DNA of 64,000 nucleotides, taken from Clostridia bacterium (GTDB lineage Bacteria; Bacillota; Clostridia; RUG12999). Both the position numbers and the translations under genes were made by a program. The notes under the pieces are model-generated. The model did not search any database and was not told where the DNA came from. It worked only from the letters and a program-made list of their open reading frames with translations. Position 1 is the stretch's first letter, and each line of letters begins with the position of its first letter. The stretch is taken from assembly GCA_017396395.1 (NCBI GenBank), contig JAFQMF010000014.1:71421-135420 (forward strand). Direction: 5' to 3'. This document shows, one piece after another, positions 39,742-49,505 of the stretch.

Positions 39742-40500
39742 CTATAACCTCACTTGTATATTATTTTTATTTAACAACTTTTTAAGTTTTGGAATTTCAA
39801 CTTCACCAAAATGGAAAATTGATGCTGCAAGCCCTGCGTCAATATCGGGTATCTGAGTAAAAAGCTCAATAAAATCCTGTGCATTTCCTGCTCCGCCTGA
39901 AGCAATTACAGGAACGTTTACTGCATTTCGTACAGCTTTAAGCATTTGGATGTCGAAGCCTTGTTTAACTCCGTCAGTATCAATTGAGTTTACTACAACC
40001 TCGCCTGCCCCAAGAGCTACACATTTTTTTATCCATTCTATAGCCTCAAGTCCTGTGTTTTCCCGTCCGCCCTTGGCAAAAACTTTAAACTCTCCATCTA
40101 CTCTTTTTATATCTACCGAAAGAACAACGCATTGAGCACCGTATTTTTCGGAGGCTTCCTTAACAAGCTGTGGATTTTTAATTGCACCTGAGTTTACACT
40201 TACTTTATCTGCACCGCATTTTAGCACTCTGTCAAAATCCTCTAAAGTGTTAATTCCTCCGCCTACTGTAAGAGGAATAAAGATACAGCTTGCAACTTCT
40301 TTTAAAATATCTGTAAACAATTTTCTTCCTTCAGCTGAGGCAGTAATATCGTAAAATACAAGTTCATCTGCACCGCAGCTGCTATAATATTTTCCAAGCT
40401 CCACAGGGGAAGAAACATCCTGCAAACCCTGAAAATTTGTACCCTTTACCACTCTGCCGTTTTTTACATCAAGACAGGGGATAATTCGCTTTGTTATCAT
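39742..40500 (-). CDS. hisF: Imidazole glycerol phosphate synthase cyclase subunit
   Basis: [17 protein letters not shown]... (beta/alpha)8 HisF signature. Confidence 0.9.
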   Translation of the reverse strand: MITKRIIPCLDVKNGRVVKGTNFQGLQDVSSPVELGKYYSSCGADELVFYDITASAEGRKLFTDILKEVASCIFIPLTVGGGINTLEDFDRVLKCGADKVSVNSGAIKNPQLVKEASEKYGAQCVVLSVDIKRVDGEFKVFAKGGRENTGLEAIEWIKKCVALGAGEVVVNSIDTDGVKQGFDIQMLKAVRNAVNVPVIASGGAGNAQDFIELFTQIPDIDAGLAASIFHFGEVEIPKLKKLLNKNNIQVRL

Positions 40501-41210
40501 TTTACCGCCTCCAGAGCATCTTTTAACTTTATTGCCCCTGTATAATAGGCTTTACCGATTATTACACCATATAAATTCATTTTGTTAAGTGCAATAATAT
40601 CAGATAAATCGGTTACTCCCCCTGAAGCAGTAATATCAAGAGTAAACTCATCTGACAGCTTTTTGTAAAGCTCTCTGTTTGTGCCTTGCATTGCACCGTC
40701 TTTTGAAATATCGGTGCAGATTATATTTTTAACTCCAAGGGTTTCCATTTCTTTGCAAAATTCAAAGGCATCAACATTACTTGTTTCAGTCCAGCCTTTA
40801 ATGGCAACACAGCCCTCATTTATATCCACACCTACAGCTACTTTATCGCCGTGCTTTTCTATGGCTTTAATAAGAAATTCTCTGTCGTTTATTGCAGCAG
40901 TGCCAAGAATTATTCGCTTAACACCACAGTTTATATACTTATCAGCAGTTTCCATATTTCTTATGCCGCCGCCAATTTCCACAAAAAGATTTGTCTGTTT
41001 TGCAATCTGCTCTACTATTTTTAAATTAGGAGTACTTCCATCTTTAGCACCTTCTAAATCCACCATATGGATATACTTTGCACCGCAAGACTCAAAGTCC
41101 CGTGCAATTTCAATGGGATTTTCACTATATACCGTCATTTTTTCGTAATTACCCTTTAAAAGACGCACTCCTTTGCCGTCAAATAAATCAATCGCAGGAA
41201 AAATATTCAT
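40497..41210 (-). CDS. hisA: ProFAR isomerase
   Basis: [17 protein letters not shown]... HisA signature. 4-nt overlap with hisF. Confidence 0.9.
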   Translation of the reverse strand: MNIFPAIDLFDGKGVRLLKGNYEKMTVYSENPIEIARDFESCGAKYIHMVDLEGAKDGSTPNLKIVEQIAKQTNLFVEIGGGIRNMETADKYINCGVKRIILGTAAINDREFLIKAIEKHGDKVAVGVDINEGCVAIKGWTETSNVDAFEFCKEMETLGVKNIICTDISKDGAMQGTNRELYKKLSDEFTLDITASGGVTDLSDIIALNKMNLYGVIIGKAYYTGAIKLKDALEAVK

Positions 41211-41245
41211 ATCTTATTACCTTAACCTTTTTAAATTATATCACT

Positions 41246-41860
41246 TTATATACTGATTTCATTAAATGCTTTAAGGATGGAAAGTCCCACTTCACCGCTT
41301 TTTTCGGGATGAAACTGACATCCATAAATATTATTTTTTGCAACGGCGGCAGTAACACTTAATCCATAATCGGTAACTGCAACAGCATTTTCGTTTTCTC
41401 CTTCAACAAAAAAGGAATGAACAAAATATACATAATCACCGCTATGTAGATATTTTAAAATTTCATTTTCTCTTTTCGTTTCCAGCTTATTCCAGCCAAT
41501 GTGAGGAATTTTAAGCTGTGAAGGCATTTTTCCTTTCATGGGAATTACCTCTCCGTTTAAAAGTCCAAGACCGGTATGCTCGCCGTATTCGTAGCTTTTT
41601 TCAAATAATAACTGCATACCAAGGCATATACCCATTATGGGTTTGCCTTTTTCAGCTTCTTTTAAAATAACCTTGTCAAGACCTGATTGTCTTAATTTAT
41701 TTATGGCATCTTTAAAAGCACCAACACCTGGGAGAATTATTCTGTCGCTTTTTTCTATTACAGATGCATCTGAGGTTATTACAGAAGCAATACCTGAATA
41801 TTTTAAGGAAGAACTTAAGGAAAAAAGGTTTCCTACGCCGTAATCTACTATTGCTAACAT
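41246..41860 (-). CDS. hisH: Imidazole glycerol phosphate synthase glutaminase subunit
   Basis: Class I glutamine amidotransferase with GICLGMQ catalytic Cys. Confidence 0.9.
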   Translation of the reverse strand: MLAIVDYGVGNLFSLSSSLKYSGIASVITSDASVIEKSDRIILPGVGAFKDAINKLRQSGLDKVILKEAEKGKPIMGICLGMQLLFEKSYEYGEHTGLGLLNGEVIPMKGKMPSQLKIPHIGWNKLETKRENEILKYLHSGDYVYFVHSFFVEGENENAVAVTDYGLSVTAAVAKNNIYGCQFHPEKSGEVGLSILKAFNEISI

Positions 41861-42448
41861 TTATAAAATACCTTTCGTTGAGGGAATTTTGTCACTGTTT
41901 TCTGGGTCAATATTACAAGCTATTTTAAGGCTTCTGCCAAAGGACTTAAATGCACCTTCGATTATATGATGAGAATTTTCACCTTCAAACTGTCTTATAT
42001 GAAGGGAAATTTCACATTTTCTTACAAAGGCAAGGAAAAATTCTTTAGTAAGTTCTGTGTCAAAATCTCCTACCTTTACTGCAGGAATATTAAGTGCATA
42101 TCCAAGATGAGCTCTTCCTGAAATATCAAGTGCAGTAAGAATAAGTGCCTCGTCCATAGGAAGAATAAAACAGCCGTATCTTATAATGCCTTTTTTGTCG
42201 CCCAGTGCATTTTTAAAAGCATCACCAAGGGCAATACCTACATCTTCAACCGTGTGGTGGTAATCAACATATGTATCTCCCTGACATTTTACATCAAGGT
42301 CGAATTTTCCGTGATGTGCAAAAAGTGTAAGCATATGGTCAAGAAAACCACAGCCCGTATCTATATTGCTTTTACCGCTTCCCTCAATAGTAAGGGCAAG
42401 AGAAATCTTAGTTTCAGCAGTATTTCTGTTTATAGTTGCACTTCTCAT
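41861..42448 (-). CDS. hisB: Imidazoleglycerol-phosphate dehydratase
   Basis: IGP dehydratase motifs (HHTVEDVGIALG etc.). Confidence 0.9.
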   Translation of the reverse strand: MRSATINRNTAETKISLALTIEGSGKSNIDTGCGFLDHMLTLFAHHGKFDLDVKCQGDTYVDYHHTVEDVGIALGDAFKNALGDKKGIIRYGCFILPMDEALILTALDISGRAHLGYALNIPAVKVGDFDTELTKEFFLAFVRKCEISLHIRQFEGENSHHIIEGAFKSFGRSLKIACNIDPENSDKIPSTKGIL

Positions 42449-43515
42449 TTGCTTTTCTCTCCTTGTTTTAGTATATCACCGATTGCCTTCACAAGGCTTT
42501 CCATTTCCTCTTTGCTACCTATAGTAATTCTGTTAAAATCTGTTATTTCCTTCTTTGAAAAATGACGCACTAAAATACCTTTTTCTTTTAATTTAATGTA
42601 AAGGCTTTCTCCTGAAATTTTATCCGATTTTGCAAAAATAAAATTAGCTTTGGAATTTGTAACATAAAAGCCCATTTCCTTTAATGCAGAAACAGTAAAT
42701 TCTCTCGTTTCAATAATTTCTTTGCAATTATCCATATAATAACTGTTTTCTTCTATTGCCTTTACGCCTGCAATCTGGGTAAGCCTGTTAATATTATATG
42801 GGTTTGTGGAATATTTAAGCTTTTCCAAATCTGCAATTATTTCCTTGTTGCCAAAAGCAAAACCAAGTCTTGCACCCGCCATACTTCTGGATTTTGAAAA
42901 GGTTTGTACCACCAAAAGGTTATTATATTCTTGTATAAGCGGTAGGGCAGACTCTCCGCCGAAATCCACATATGCTTCGTCAATAAGCACAATATTGTCG
43001 GGGTTTGTATCAAGAATTTGTCTTATTTCCTGTAATGAAAGAGTGATTCCGGTAGGTGCGTTTGGGTTTGCAATACATATAAGCTTGTTTTTGTTAAAGT
43101 ATTTTCTAATGTCAATAGAAAAATCCTTCTCTAAGGGGATTTCCTCAGGAGTAATTCCGTTAAGCTTTGCAAAAACGCTGTAAAAACCATAGCTTATTGC
43201 AGGATATACCACACCTTTATCACCATATGCCATAAAGGCAAAATTCAAAATATCGTCAGAGCCGTTTGCCACATAAACATTTTCAAATGAAACTCCGTAA
43301 TTTTCTGCAATGGTGGTTTTAAGAAGGCGGGATTCAGGGTCACTGTATAAACGCAAATCCCGTACAGCATCACTGTTTATTGCCTCTATCACGCCAGGTG
43401 AGGGGGGATAGGGCGACTCGTTTGTATTTAATTTTATATATTTTTTATCTCTTGGTTGTTCCCCGGGAACATATTCCTCCAAAGTGAAATATTTTTGTGA
43501 GAGAAATTTACTCAT
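42445..43515 (-). CDS. hisC: Histidinol-phosphate aminotransferase
   Basis: Class II aminotransferase with PLP lysine in FSKSRSMAGARLG. Start placed at MSKFL, which has an AGAGGAAAAG RBS. Confidence 0.85.
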   Translation of the reverse strand: MSKFLSQKYFTLEEYVPGEQPRDKKYIKLNTNESPYPPSPGVIEAINSDAVRDLRLYSDPESRLLKTTIAENYGVSFENVYVANGSDDILNFAFMAYGDKGVVYPAISYGFYSVFAKLNGITPEEIPLEKDFSIDIRKYFNKNKLICIANPNAPTGITLSLQEIRQILDTNPDNIVLIDEAYVDFGGESALPLIQEYNNLLVVQTFSKSRSMAGARLGFAFGNKEIIADLEKLKYSTNPYNINRLTQIAGVKAIEENSYYMDNCKEIIETREFTVSALKEMGFYVTNSKANFIFAKSDKISGESLYIKLKEKGILVRHFSKKEITDFNRITIGSKEEMESLVKAIGDILKQGEKSK

Positions 43516-43516
43516 T

Positions 43517-44803
43517 TTACTTTTCCTCTTTTTTCTCAAACCTTATAGTTGCACTTCTTGCATGAGCACTAAGCCCTTCTTTTTCTGCAAAATAGGCAAT
43601 TTTATCTGCCACCTTTGAAAGGGCAGCTTCTGTGTAGTAAGTAAACTGTGATTTTTTTACAAAATCATCTACCGACAGGGGACTGGAAAATCTTGCGGTG
43701 CCTGATGTAGGAAGCGTATGGTTAGGACCTGCAAAATAATCCCCAAGTACCTCAGGACAATATCTGCCCATAAAAATACTCCCTGCATTTTTGATTTTAT
43801 CAAGGTAATCAAAAGGATTGGCTACACAAAGCTCTAAATGCTCTGGTGCAATTTCGTTTGCAGCATCTATAATTTCCTCTAAAGATTTTGTTACTATAAT
43901 TTTTCCGTTATTGTCAATGGAAGCTCTTGCAATTTCCTTTCGGGGAAGGAGCTCAAGCTGTTTTTCTATTTCCAGACTTACTTTTTCTGCAAAAAATTCA
44001 TCATCTGTAACAAGCACAGCAGAAGCATTTTTGTCATGCTCGGCTTGTGAAAGAAGGTCTGCTGCTATAAAGGCAGGGTCACTTTTGTTGTCTGAAATAA
44101 CAAGAATTTCACTTGGTCCTGCAATCATATCAATATCCACAAGTCCAAACACCTGTCTTTTTGCTTCTGCCACAAATGCATTACCAGGTCCTACAATTTT
44201 ATCTACCTTAGGAATAGTTTGAGTACCATATGCAAGTGCTGCAACTGCCTGTGCACCGCCTGTTTTAAATATTCTATCTACCCCTGCAATCTTTGCTGCA
44301 GCAAGTATGGCAGGGTTAACCTTGCCGTTTGACATAGGTGGAGTAGTAATACAGATTTCACAACAGCCTGCAATTTTTGCGGGAATTGAATCCATTAAAA
44401 CTGTGGAGGGATATGCAGCCGTACCACCGGGAACATATAGTCCCACTTTCTCAATGGGAGTTACCTTCTGGCCTGTAATTACGCCATCCTTTTCACTGAT
44501 AATAAAACTGTTTTTAACCTGACGGGAATGAAAGCTTTTGATATTTTCGGCAGCTTCTTTTAATATTTCCACAAATTCAGGTTCTACAAGTGTAAACGCT
44601 TCATCAATTTCCTCTTTAGTAACCTCAATGGAAGAAAGAACTGCCTTATCAAACTTTTCCGCATACATAAAAAGTGCTTTGTCACCATTTTTGCGTACCT
44701 GGGATATAATATCGGCAACAATGTCTGATACATCAGAAGTGGGAGTTGTATGTGAAAAAATTTCTTCAGGGGAATTTATTCCGGATTTTAATATTTTTAT
44801 CAT
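43517..44803 (-). CDS. hisD: Histidinol dehydrogenase
   Basis: 428 aa. HisD motifs (QAEHD, GPNHTLPT). Confidence 0.9.
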   Translation of the reverse strand: MIKILKSGINSPEEIFSHTTPTSDVSDIVADIISQVRKNGDKALFMYAEKFDKAVLSSIEVTKEEIDEAFTLVEPEFVEILKEAAENIKSFHSRQVKNSFIISEKDGVITGQKVTPIEKVGLYVPGGTAAYPSTVLMDSIPAKIAGCCEICITTPPMSNGKVNPAILAAAKIAGVDRIFKTGGAQAVAALAYGTQTIPKVDKIVGPGNAFVAEAKRQVFGLVDIDMIAGPSEILVISDNKSDPAFIAADLLSQAEHDKNASAVLVTDDEFFAEKVSLEIEKQLELLPRKEIARASIDNNGKIIVTKSLEEIIDAANEIAPEHLELCVANPFDYLDKIKNAGSIFMGRYCPEVLGDYFAGPNHTLPTSGTARFSSPLSVDDFVKKSQFTYYTEAALSKVADKIAYFAEKEGLSAHARSATIRFEKKEEK

Positions 44804-44822
44804 TTTATTTTCTACCTTTGCC

Positions 44823-46388
44823 TTAAGATTTTTTTACCTGCTCCGCAATAGATTTGCGGATATTCTCTATAATTTCTTTTTTGAATCTGTAGGAGGATTT
44901 ATTTGAAATAAGTCTTGCACTGATATTCACAATATCCTCAACAGGCTCAAGATTATTTTCCAAAAGAGTTTTACCCGTTTCTACAATATCCACAATAACA
45001 TCAGAAAGACCTAAAATAGGTGCAATCTCAATAGAACCGTTTAAGTGAATAATATCAATATCACGGCATTTTTCTCCATAGAAGGAACGTGCAATATTTG
45101 AAAACTTAGTTGCTACTCTTAAGGTTTTTGTATCATCATAGATAAACCCTTTTTTTGCTGCCACTGCCATTCTGCATTTGCCAAGCTGAAGGTCGCACAA
45201 ATCATATACATCAGGTGAGTATTCAAGTAAAATATCATATCCTGCAACACCGATGTCCGCTGCACCTCTTTCAACATAAATTGCAACATCCGACGGCTTT
45301 ACCCAGAAATAACGCACCTTTTTTTCGCTGTTTTCAAAAATCAGCTTTCTGTTCTGCTCTTTTATTGCAGGACATTCATAGCCAGCTTTTTCAAACATTT
45401 CATACACCTTTTCTCCAAGTCTTCCTTTTGGAAGGGCAACATTTACAAATTCATCCTTTAGTTCAAGAGCATCATCTAAATGCTCAAGCTCGTCAAGATA
45501 TACTGCAAAGCCGATAGCGCCGCCGTTTCTGCCCAGCTTTTTCATAAGTCCGTTATATTCGCCTCCTGAAATTACAGGGGTAGCGATTCCGCTTATATAG
45601 CATTTAAAAACTATACCGCTATAATAGCCTGTGGAGTTGGAAAGAGAAAAGTCAATGGAAATATTTTCCCTGTCACTTTCAAATATTTCTTCAAATATAG
45701 TTGTAAAATCATACAGCTTTTCTTTCGTTTTTGAAGATATACAATATCTTAAAAGTCCTGATTTTGCGTCATTTGCATCATTGTAGCTTTCCATAAGTGC
45801 AGATAAAGCAGTAAACTGCTCGATTGTACATTTAGCTTTTAGAATATCAGTATTTTTTTCAAAAAAAGCGTCGCAAAGTTCTTTGTCAAACTTTCTGTCA
45901 ATGCCGTAATCTGCAAAAAAGCTTTCTGCAAAATCAATATCAGATACTACCATATGATAGCTGTCTTTTATAATGCTTGCACTTTTTTTGGCAAGGCGTA
46001 CTACCTGAATGACATCCTCTCTTTTTATGTCACCAATACACTCAATGCCTGTTTGCATAATTTCCTTATATGTATGAGAAGAATCGGAAATCCTATATAC
46101 ATTTTCATTATAAAAAAGCTTGTCTGTTCTGCCCGGAATATCTTTAGAGTTTTTTACAATAGAAAGTGTAACGTCTGGTTTTAGTGCCAGAAGTTTTCCG
46201 TTAGTATCGTTAAAGGTTATAATTCCGTCCGAAATAAGGAAATCCTTATTTTTCATATATAAATCATATTCTTCAAACTTACTCATTTTAAACTTGCGGT
46301 ATCCGCTGTCTGAATAAAGAGTACGAAGACCAAATACGATTTTTTCTTCATCTTTTAATATTTTTTCATCAATTATCATTTTCAACAT
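44823..46388 (-). CDS. hisG: Fused ATP phosphoribosyltransferase regulatory subunit HisZ (N-terminal ~310 aa, HisRS-like) and short-form catalytic HisG (C-terminal ~210 aa)
   Basis: A single 521-aa ORF. N-terminal class II aaRS-like HisZ sequence. The C-terminal VNVALPKGRLGEKVYEMFEKAGY...YFWVKPSDVAIYVERGAADIGVAGYDIL is a HisG-S signature. There is no stop or frameshift at the junction. Confidence 0.75.
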   Translation of the reverse strand: MLKMIIDEKILKDEEKIVFGLRTLYSDSGYRKFKMSKFEEYDLYMKNKDFLISDGIITFNDTNGKLLALKPDVTLSIVKNSKDIPGRTDKLFYNENVYRISDSSHTYKEIMQTGIECIGDIKREDVIQVVRLAKKSASIIKDSYHMVVSDIDFAESFFADYGIDRKFDKELCDAFFEKNTDILKAKCTIEQFTALSALMESYNDANDAKSGLLRYCISSKTKEKLYDFTTIFEEIFESDRENISIDFSLSNSTGYYSGIVFKCYISGIATPVISGGEYNGLMKKLGRNGGAIGFAVYLDELEHLDDALELKDEFVNVALPKGRLGEKVYEMFEKAGYECPAIKEQNRKLIFENSEKKVRYFWVKPSDVAIYVERGAADIGVAGYDILLEYSPDVYDLCDLQLGKCRMAVAAKKGFIYDDTKTLRVATKFSNIARSFYGEKCRDIDIIHLNGSIEIAPILGLSDVIVDIVETGKTLLENNLEPVEDIVNISARLISNKSSYRFKKEIIENIRKSIAEQVKKS

Positions 46389-46668
46389 CCTTCATAATAT
46401 CCAGTGCAATTTTATAGCCGCCTGATCCATAGTTAAGACACCTGTTAACTCTGCTTATTGTAGCCGAACTTACTCCTGTCATTTCTGTGATTTCAGAATA
46501 GTTTTTTCCGCTGTCTAAAAGGCTTGCAACCTCAAGACGCTGGGAAAGAGCAAGCACCTCCTGAATTGTGCAAAGGTCCTCAATAAGAAGCTCTGCATCC
46601 TGTGGAGTTTTTATATTTGCTATAACACGGCACAGCCTTTTTATTTCTTCAAGATTTTTCTTTGGCAT
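46369..46668 (-). CDS. YerC/YecD-family TrpR-like DNA-binding protein (candidate his-operon regulator)
   Basis: 99 aa. Helix-turn-helix ...YSEITEMTGVSSATISRVNRCL... The 3' end overlaps the hisZG start by 20 nt. RBS GGAGG. Confidence 0.75.
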   Translation of the reverse strand: MPKKNLEEIKRLCRVIANIKTPQDAELLIEDLCTIQEVLALSQRLEVASLLDSGKNYSEITEMTGVSSATISRVNRCLNYGSGGYKIALDIMKDVENDN

Positions 46669-46704
46669 AATTATCGCCTCCGTTTCTCAATTTAACACTC
46701 TAAC

Positions 46705-46733
46705 ATTTTATCACTTTTGTGTGTGAAAGTCAA
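46705..46733 (-). promoter_or_regulatory. sigma-A promoter (TTGACT - 17 nt - TAAAAT) for the yerC-his operon, with an AATCTT-T-AAGATT palindrome immediately upstream
   Basis: Reverse complement read directly; the palindrome is at about 46741-46753. Confidence 0.5.
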
Positions 46734-46784
46734 TAGATAATCTTAAAGATTTATTAAATTATACGAAAAATACAAAAAAACTCT

Positions 46785-46812
46785 TTACAAACTGAAATTT
46801 TTATGGTATAAT
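46785..46812 (+). promoter_or_regulatory. Divergent sigma-A promoter (TTTACA - 16 nt - TGgTATAAT) with a ~255-nt leader before the CorC/HlyC gene
   Basis: Read directly. Confidence 0.45.
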
Positions 46813-47068
46813 ACTAATTGTATAAAGATTATTTACAAGTAAAGGTGTGATTATTTACATGGATGACAGTTCGGATGCGGATAATTGTTTTTCTCCGTAT
46901 AATTTAACTATCACCTGTGAAAAAAAGAATATTTGATATTTTAGGGCACAGCCTGATTCTGAAATAAAAGGATTGGGTTATGCTTTTTTTGCTTTTTTAC
47001 AGGAAAAATTGGGAAGGATACAAACTTTTCGCTAAAAGAGAAGGAAATTATTTGGAGGAAAAACTATT

Positions 47069-48400
47069 ATGATAAAACCACTTATGTTACTTATAGTACT
47101 TATATTTTTAAATGCAACCTTTGCAAGTGCAGAGATTGCCGTTATTTCAATGAGTCAGTCAAAGCTTAAAAAAATGTCAGCAGAAGGCAACAAAAAGGCT
47201 GACAAGCTTTTAAAGCTTACTGACCAGCCTGCAAAATTCCTGGCTACAATTCAGGTTGCTATTACTCTTGCGGGATTTTTACAGAGTGCTTTTGCTGCGG
47301 AAAATTTTGCAGGTCCATTGGTGGACTTTCTTGTAAAGCATGGAGTTACAATCAGTGAAAGTATTTTAAAAACAGCTTCTATTGTTGTAATTACAATGGT
47401 ACTTGGTTATTTCAACTTAGTATTTGGTGAGCTTGTTCCAAAAAGAGTTGCTATGAAAAAGTCTGAAAAGCTTGCTCTTGGTATGTCGGGAATGCTGTAT
47501 GGGGTATCAGTAATATTTGCACCCCTTGTATGGCTGCTTACCATTTCAACAAACGGAGTACTTAGACTTTTCGGTATCAATCCTGATGAAAACGAAGAAC
47601 AGGTTACAGAAGATGAAATTCTGATGATGCTTGAAGAAGGTAACGAACAGGGTACTATTCTTGAAGAAGAAAATGAAATTATTCAAAATGTGTTTGAGTT
47701 TAACGATATTACCGCAGGTGATATTGCAGTTCACAGAGTTGATGTTGATATTCTCTGGGCTGAAGATCAGGTGGAAGAATGGGAAAAGACTATTCATAAA
47801 TCAAGACATACTCTTTATCCTGTGTGTGAAAAATCAGCAGATAATGTTATTGGTATTTTAAACGCAAAGGATTATTTCAGATTAGAAAATAAGGAAAAAG
47901 AGTTAATCCTTCAGGAGGCACTTCATCCCGCATATTTTGTACCTGAAACAATTACTGCGGATATACTTTTCCGTAATATGAAAAAAGCAGGTCACAAATT
48001 TGCGGTTGTTATGGATGAACGTGGAGGTATGGAGGGTATTATCACCTTAGTTGACCTTGTTGAGGAACTTGTAGGGGACTTGAATGACGAGGATGACGAG
48101 GAGAAAAACGAAGAGCCTACCATTACAAGAATTGATGAATGTCAGTGGAAAATCACAGGTAATATTGACCTTGAGGATTTGGCAGAAGAAACAGGACTTG
48201 ACTTTGAAAATGATGATTATGATACGTTTACAGGTCTTGTGTTTGACGTACTTGGTATTGTTCCGGAGGACGGAGAAGGTAAACATATTGAAGTAACTCT
48301 TCCGGGTATGGAGGTTACAATTACACGAATTGAAGCTCACCAGATTGATGAAGCATATATTAAAAAAATATCACAGGAAATAGAAGAAACTGAAGAATAA
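47069..48400 (+). CDS. Hemolysin-family/CNNM protein (DUF21 membrane domain + CBS pair + CorC_HlyC; putative divalent-cation efflux)
   Basis: 443 aa. N-terminal 4-TM DUF21, central CBS pair, C-terminal transporter-associated domain, acidic tail. Confidence 0.8.
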   Translation: MIKPLMLLIVLIFLNATFASAEIAVISMSQSKLKKMSAEGNKKADKLLKLTDQPAKFLATIQVAITLAGFLQSAFAAENFAGPLVDFLVKHGVTISESILKTASIVVITMVLGYFNLVFGELVPKRVAMKKSEKLALGMSGMLYGVSVIFAPLVWLLTISTNGVLRLFGINPDENEEQVTEDEILMMLEEGNEQGTILEEENEIIQNVFEFNDITAGDIAVHRVDVDILWAEDQVEEWEKTIHKSRHTLYPVCEKSADNVIGILNAKDYFRLENKEKELILQEALHPAYFVPETITADILFRNMKKAGHKFAVVMDERGGMEGIITLVDLVEELVGDLNDEDDEEKNEEPTITRIDECQWKITGNIDLEDLAEETGLDFENDDYDTFTGLVFDVLGIVPEDGEGKHIEVTLPGMEVTITRIEAHQIDEAYIKKISQEIEETEE

Positions 48401-48406
48401 TTAAAG

Positions 48407-48448
48407 GTTTAAAAGCGGAGTGTTAACTAATATAATCACTCCGCTTTT
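48407..48448 (+). terminator. Rho-independent terminator
   Basis: aaagcggagtg-...-cactccgcttt followed by T-rich sequence. Confidence 0.6.
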
Positions 48449-48463
48449 ATACCCTTGAAAAAC

Positions 48464-48492
48464 TTGACTAAGAATTATATTTTTGGTATAAT
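48464..48492 (+). promoter_or_regulatory. Consensus sigma-A promoter (TTGACT - 17 nt - TGgTATAAT)
   Basis: Read directly upstream of the 48531 ORF. Confidence 0.55.
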
Positions 48493-48530
48493 GATACAAA
48501 GTGTAAGTTCATTAAAGGGATGAATAATAA

Positions 48531-49166
48531 ATGGATAAATCTTACAGGAAAATATATAAAATTTCAGACCCTAAATTTTTGGTAAATTTTTGGTTTTATA
48601 ACAAAAAAATTATAATAGGTGTAATAATTGGGGTTCTTGCTATTATTTGGGCAGGGGTAAGCTGCAGTAAAATAAAAAGACCTGATGTGAGCATACTTTA
48701 TGTTTCTTCCAGTACTGTAGATGACAGCAAGGTTAATGAGGTTGAACAGGAGTTTGCAGAACTGATAGAGGATACTAACGGTGACGGAGAATGTGTAGTA
48801 CGGCTGATAGTTATATCCGTGCCGGATGGTGTTACACAAGAGGTAGATACTGCTAATACTTCCCGCGTGAATACTGAAATTATAAATGGAGACAGTAATA
48901 TCATAATTGGAGAAAAAAGCAGAATTAAGGCTTTTTTAAAACAGCAGGAATTCTTTCAAAGTATTAACTCTTTTGGAAATCCCTATGTATCGGGAGATTT
49001 TGCTGTAGATATAAAAAATACTATCTTTGCAAGAAAAATGGAATATAGTCAAAACACTCCCCTTTGCCTTATGATTAAGGGAGGAGAAAATGATGTTGAC
49101 GAAACAAAAAGTCTGATGTACACACAAAGTCTTTTGCTGGCTGAAAAAATAATGAGTGAAAAATAA
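48531..49166 (+). CDS. Hypothetical N-terminally membrane-anchored protein, no recognisable family
   Basis: 211 aa. One TM segment (IIIGVIIGVLAIIWAGV) followed by a ~170-aa extracytoplasmic domain. It has its own consensus promoter and is followed by a terminator hairpin. Confidence 0.5.
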   Translation: MDKSYRKIYKISDPKFLVNFWFYNKKIIIGVIIGVLAIIWAGVSCSKIKRPDVSILYVSSSTVDDSKVNEVEQEFAELIEDTNGDGECVVRLIVISVPDGVTQEVDTANTSRVNTEIINGDSNIIIGEKSRIKAFLKQQEFFQSINSFGNPYVSGDFAVDIKNTIFARKMEYSQNTPLCLMIKGGENDVDETKSLMYTQSLLLAEKIMSEK

Positions 49167-49176
49167 ATTATGTACC

Positions 49177-49212
49177 AGTATTCTGTAAATTAAAATTACA
49201 GAATACTGAGGG
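49177..49212. terminator. Bidirectional hairpin between convergent genes
   Basis: cagtattctgtaa-attaaaa-ttacagaatactg, a perfect 13-bp inverted repeat. Confidence 0.5.
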
Positions 49213-49238
49213 AATGTTTATTCCCGAAAACATAAAGA

Positions 49239-49403
49239 CTAACGGCTTAACATATAGTCCATTGCGTTACCCACAGTAGAAAAAAAACCTTTTGCAGTTT
49301 TACGCATTTTCTTTGCCTGTTTGTCATTTATTGGATCCATAACCATTCCTGCAACAGCACCAATAGCAACGCCGGTAATCATACCTGTATAAAAGTTTTT
49401 CAC
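49239..49403 (-). CDS. Small glycine-zipper membrane protein, 54 aa (GTG start; not in ORF track); ends in TAG
   Basis: Manual translation (V)KNFYTGMITGVAIGAVAGMVMDPINDKQAKKMRKTAKGFFSTVGNAMDYMLSR. A GGAGGAA RBS lies 6 nt upstream. GxxxGxxxG motif. Confidence 0.4.
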   Translation of the reverse strand: MKNFYTGMITGVAIGAVAGMVMDPINDKQAKKMRKTAKGFFSTVGNAMDYMLSR

Positions 49404-49505
49404 TTTTATTCCTCCAAGATAAATTATTTGCGTCCCGTTTATATTTTGAGTTTTAGTTTCATATTATATACTTGATAATTATGCCAACTGAAAGGATAGG
49501 ATAAA

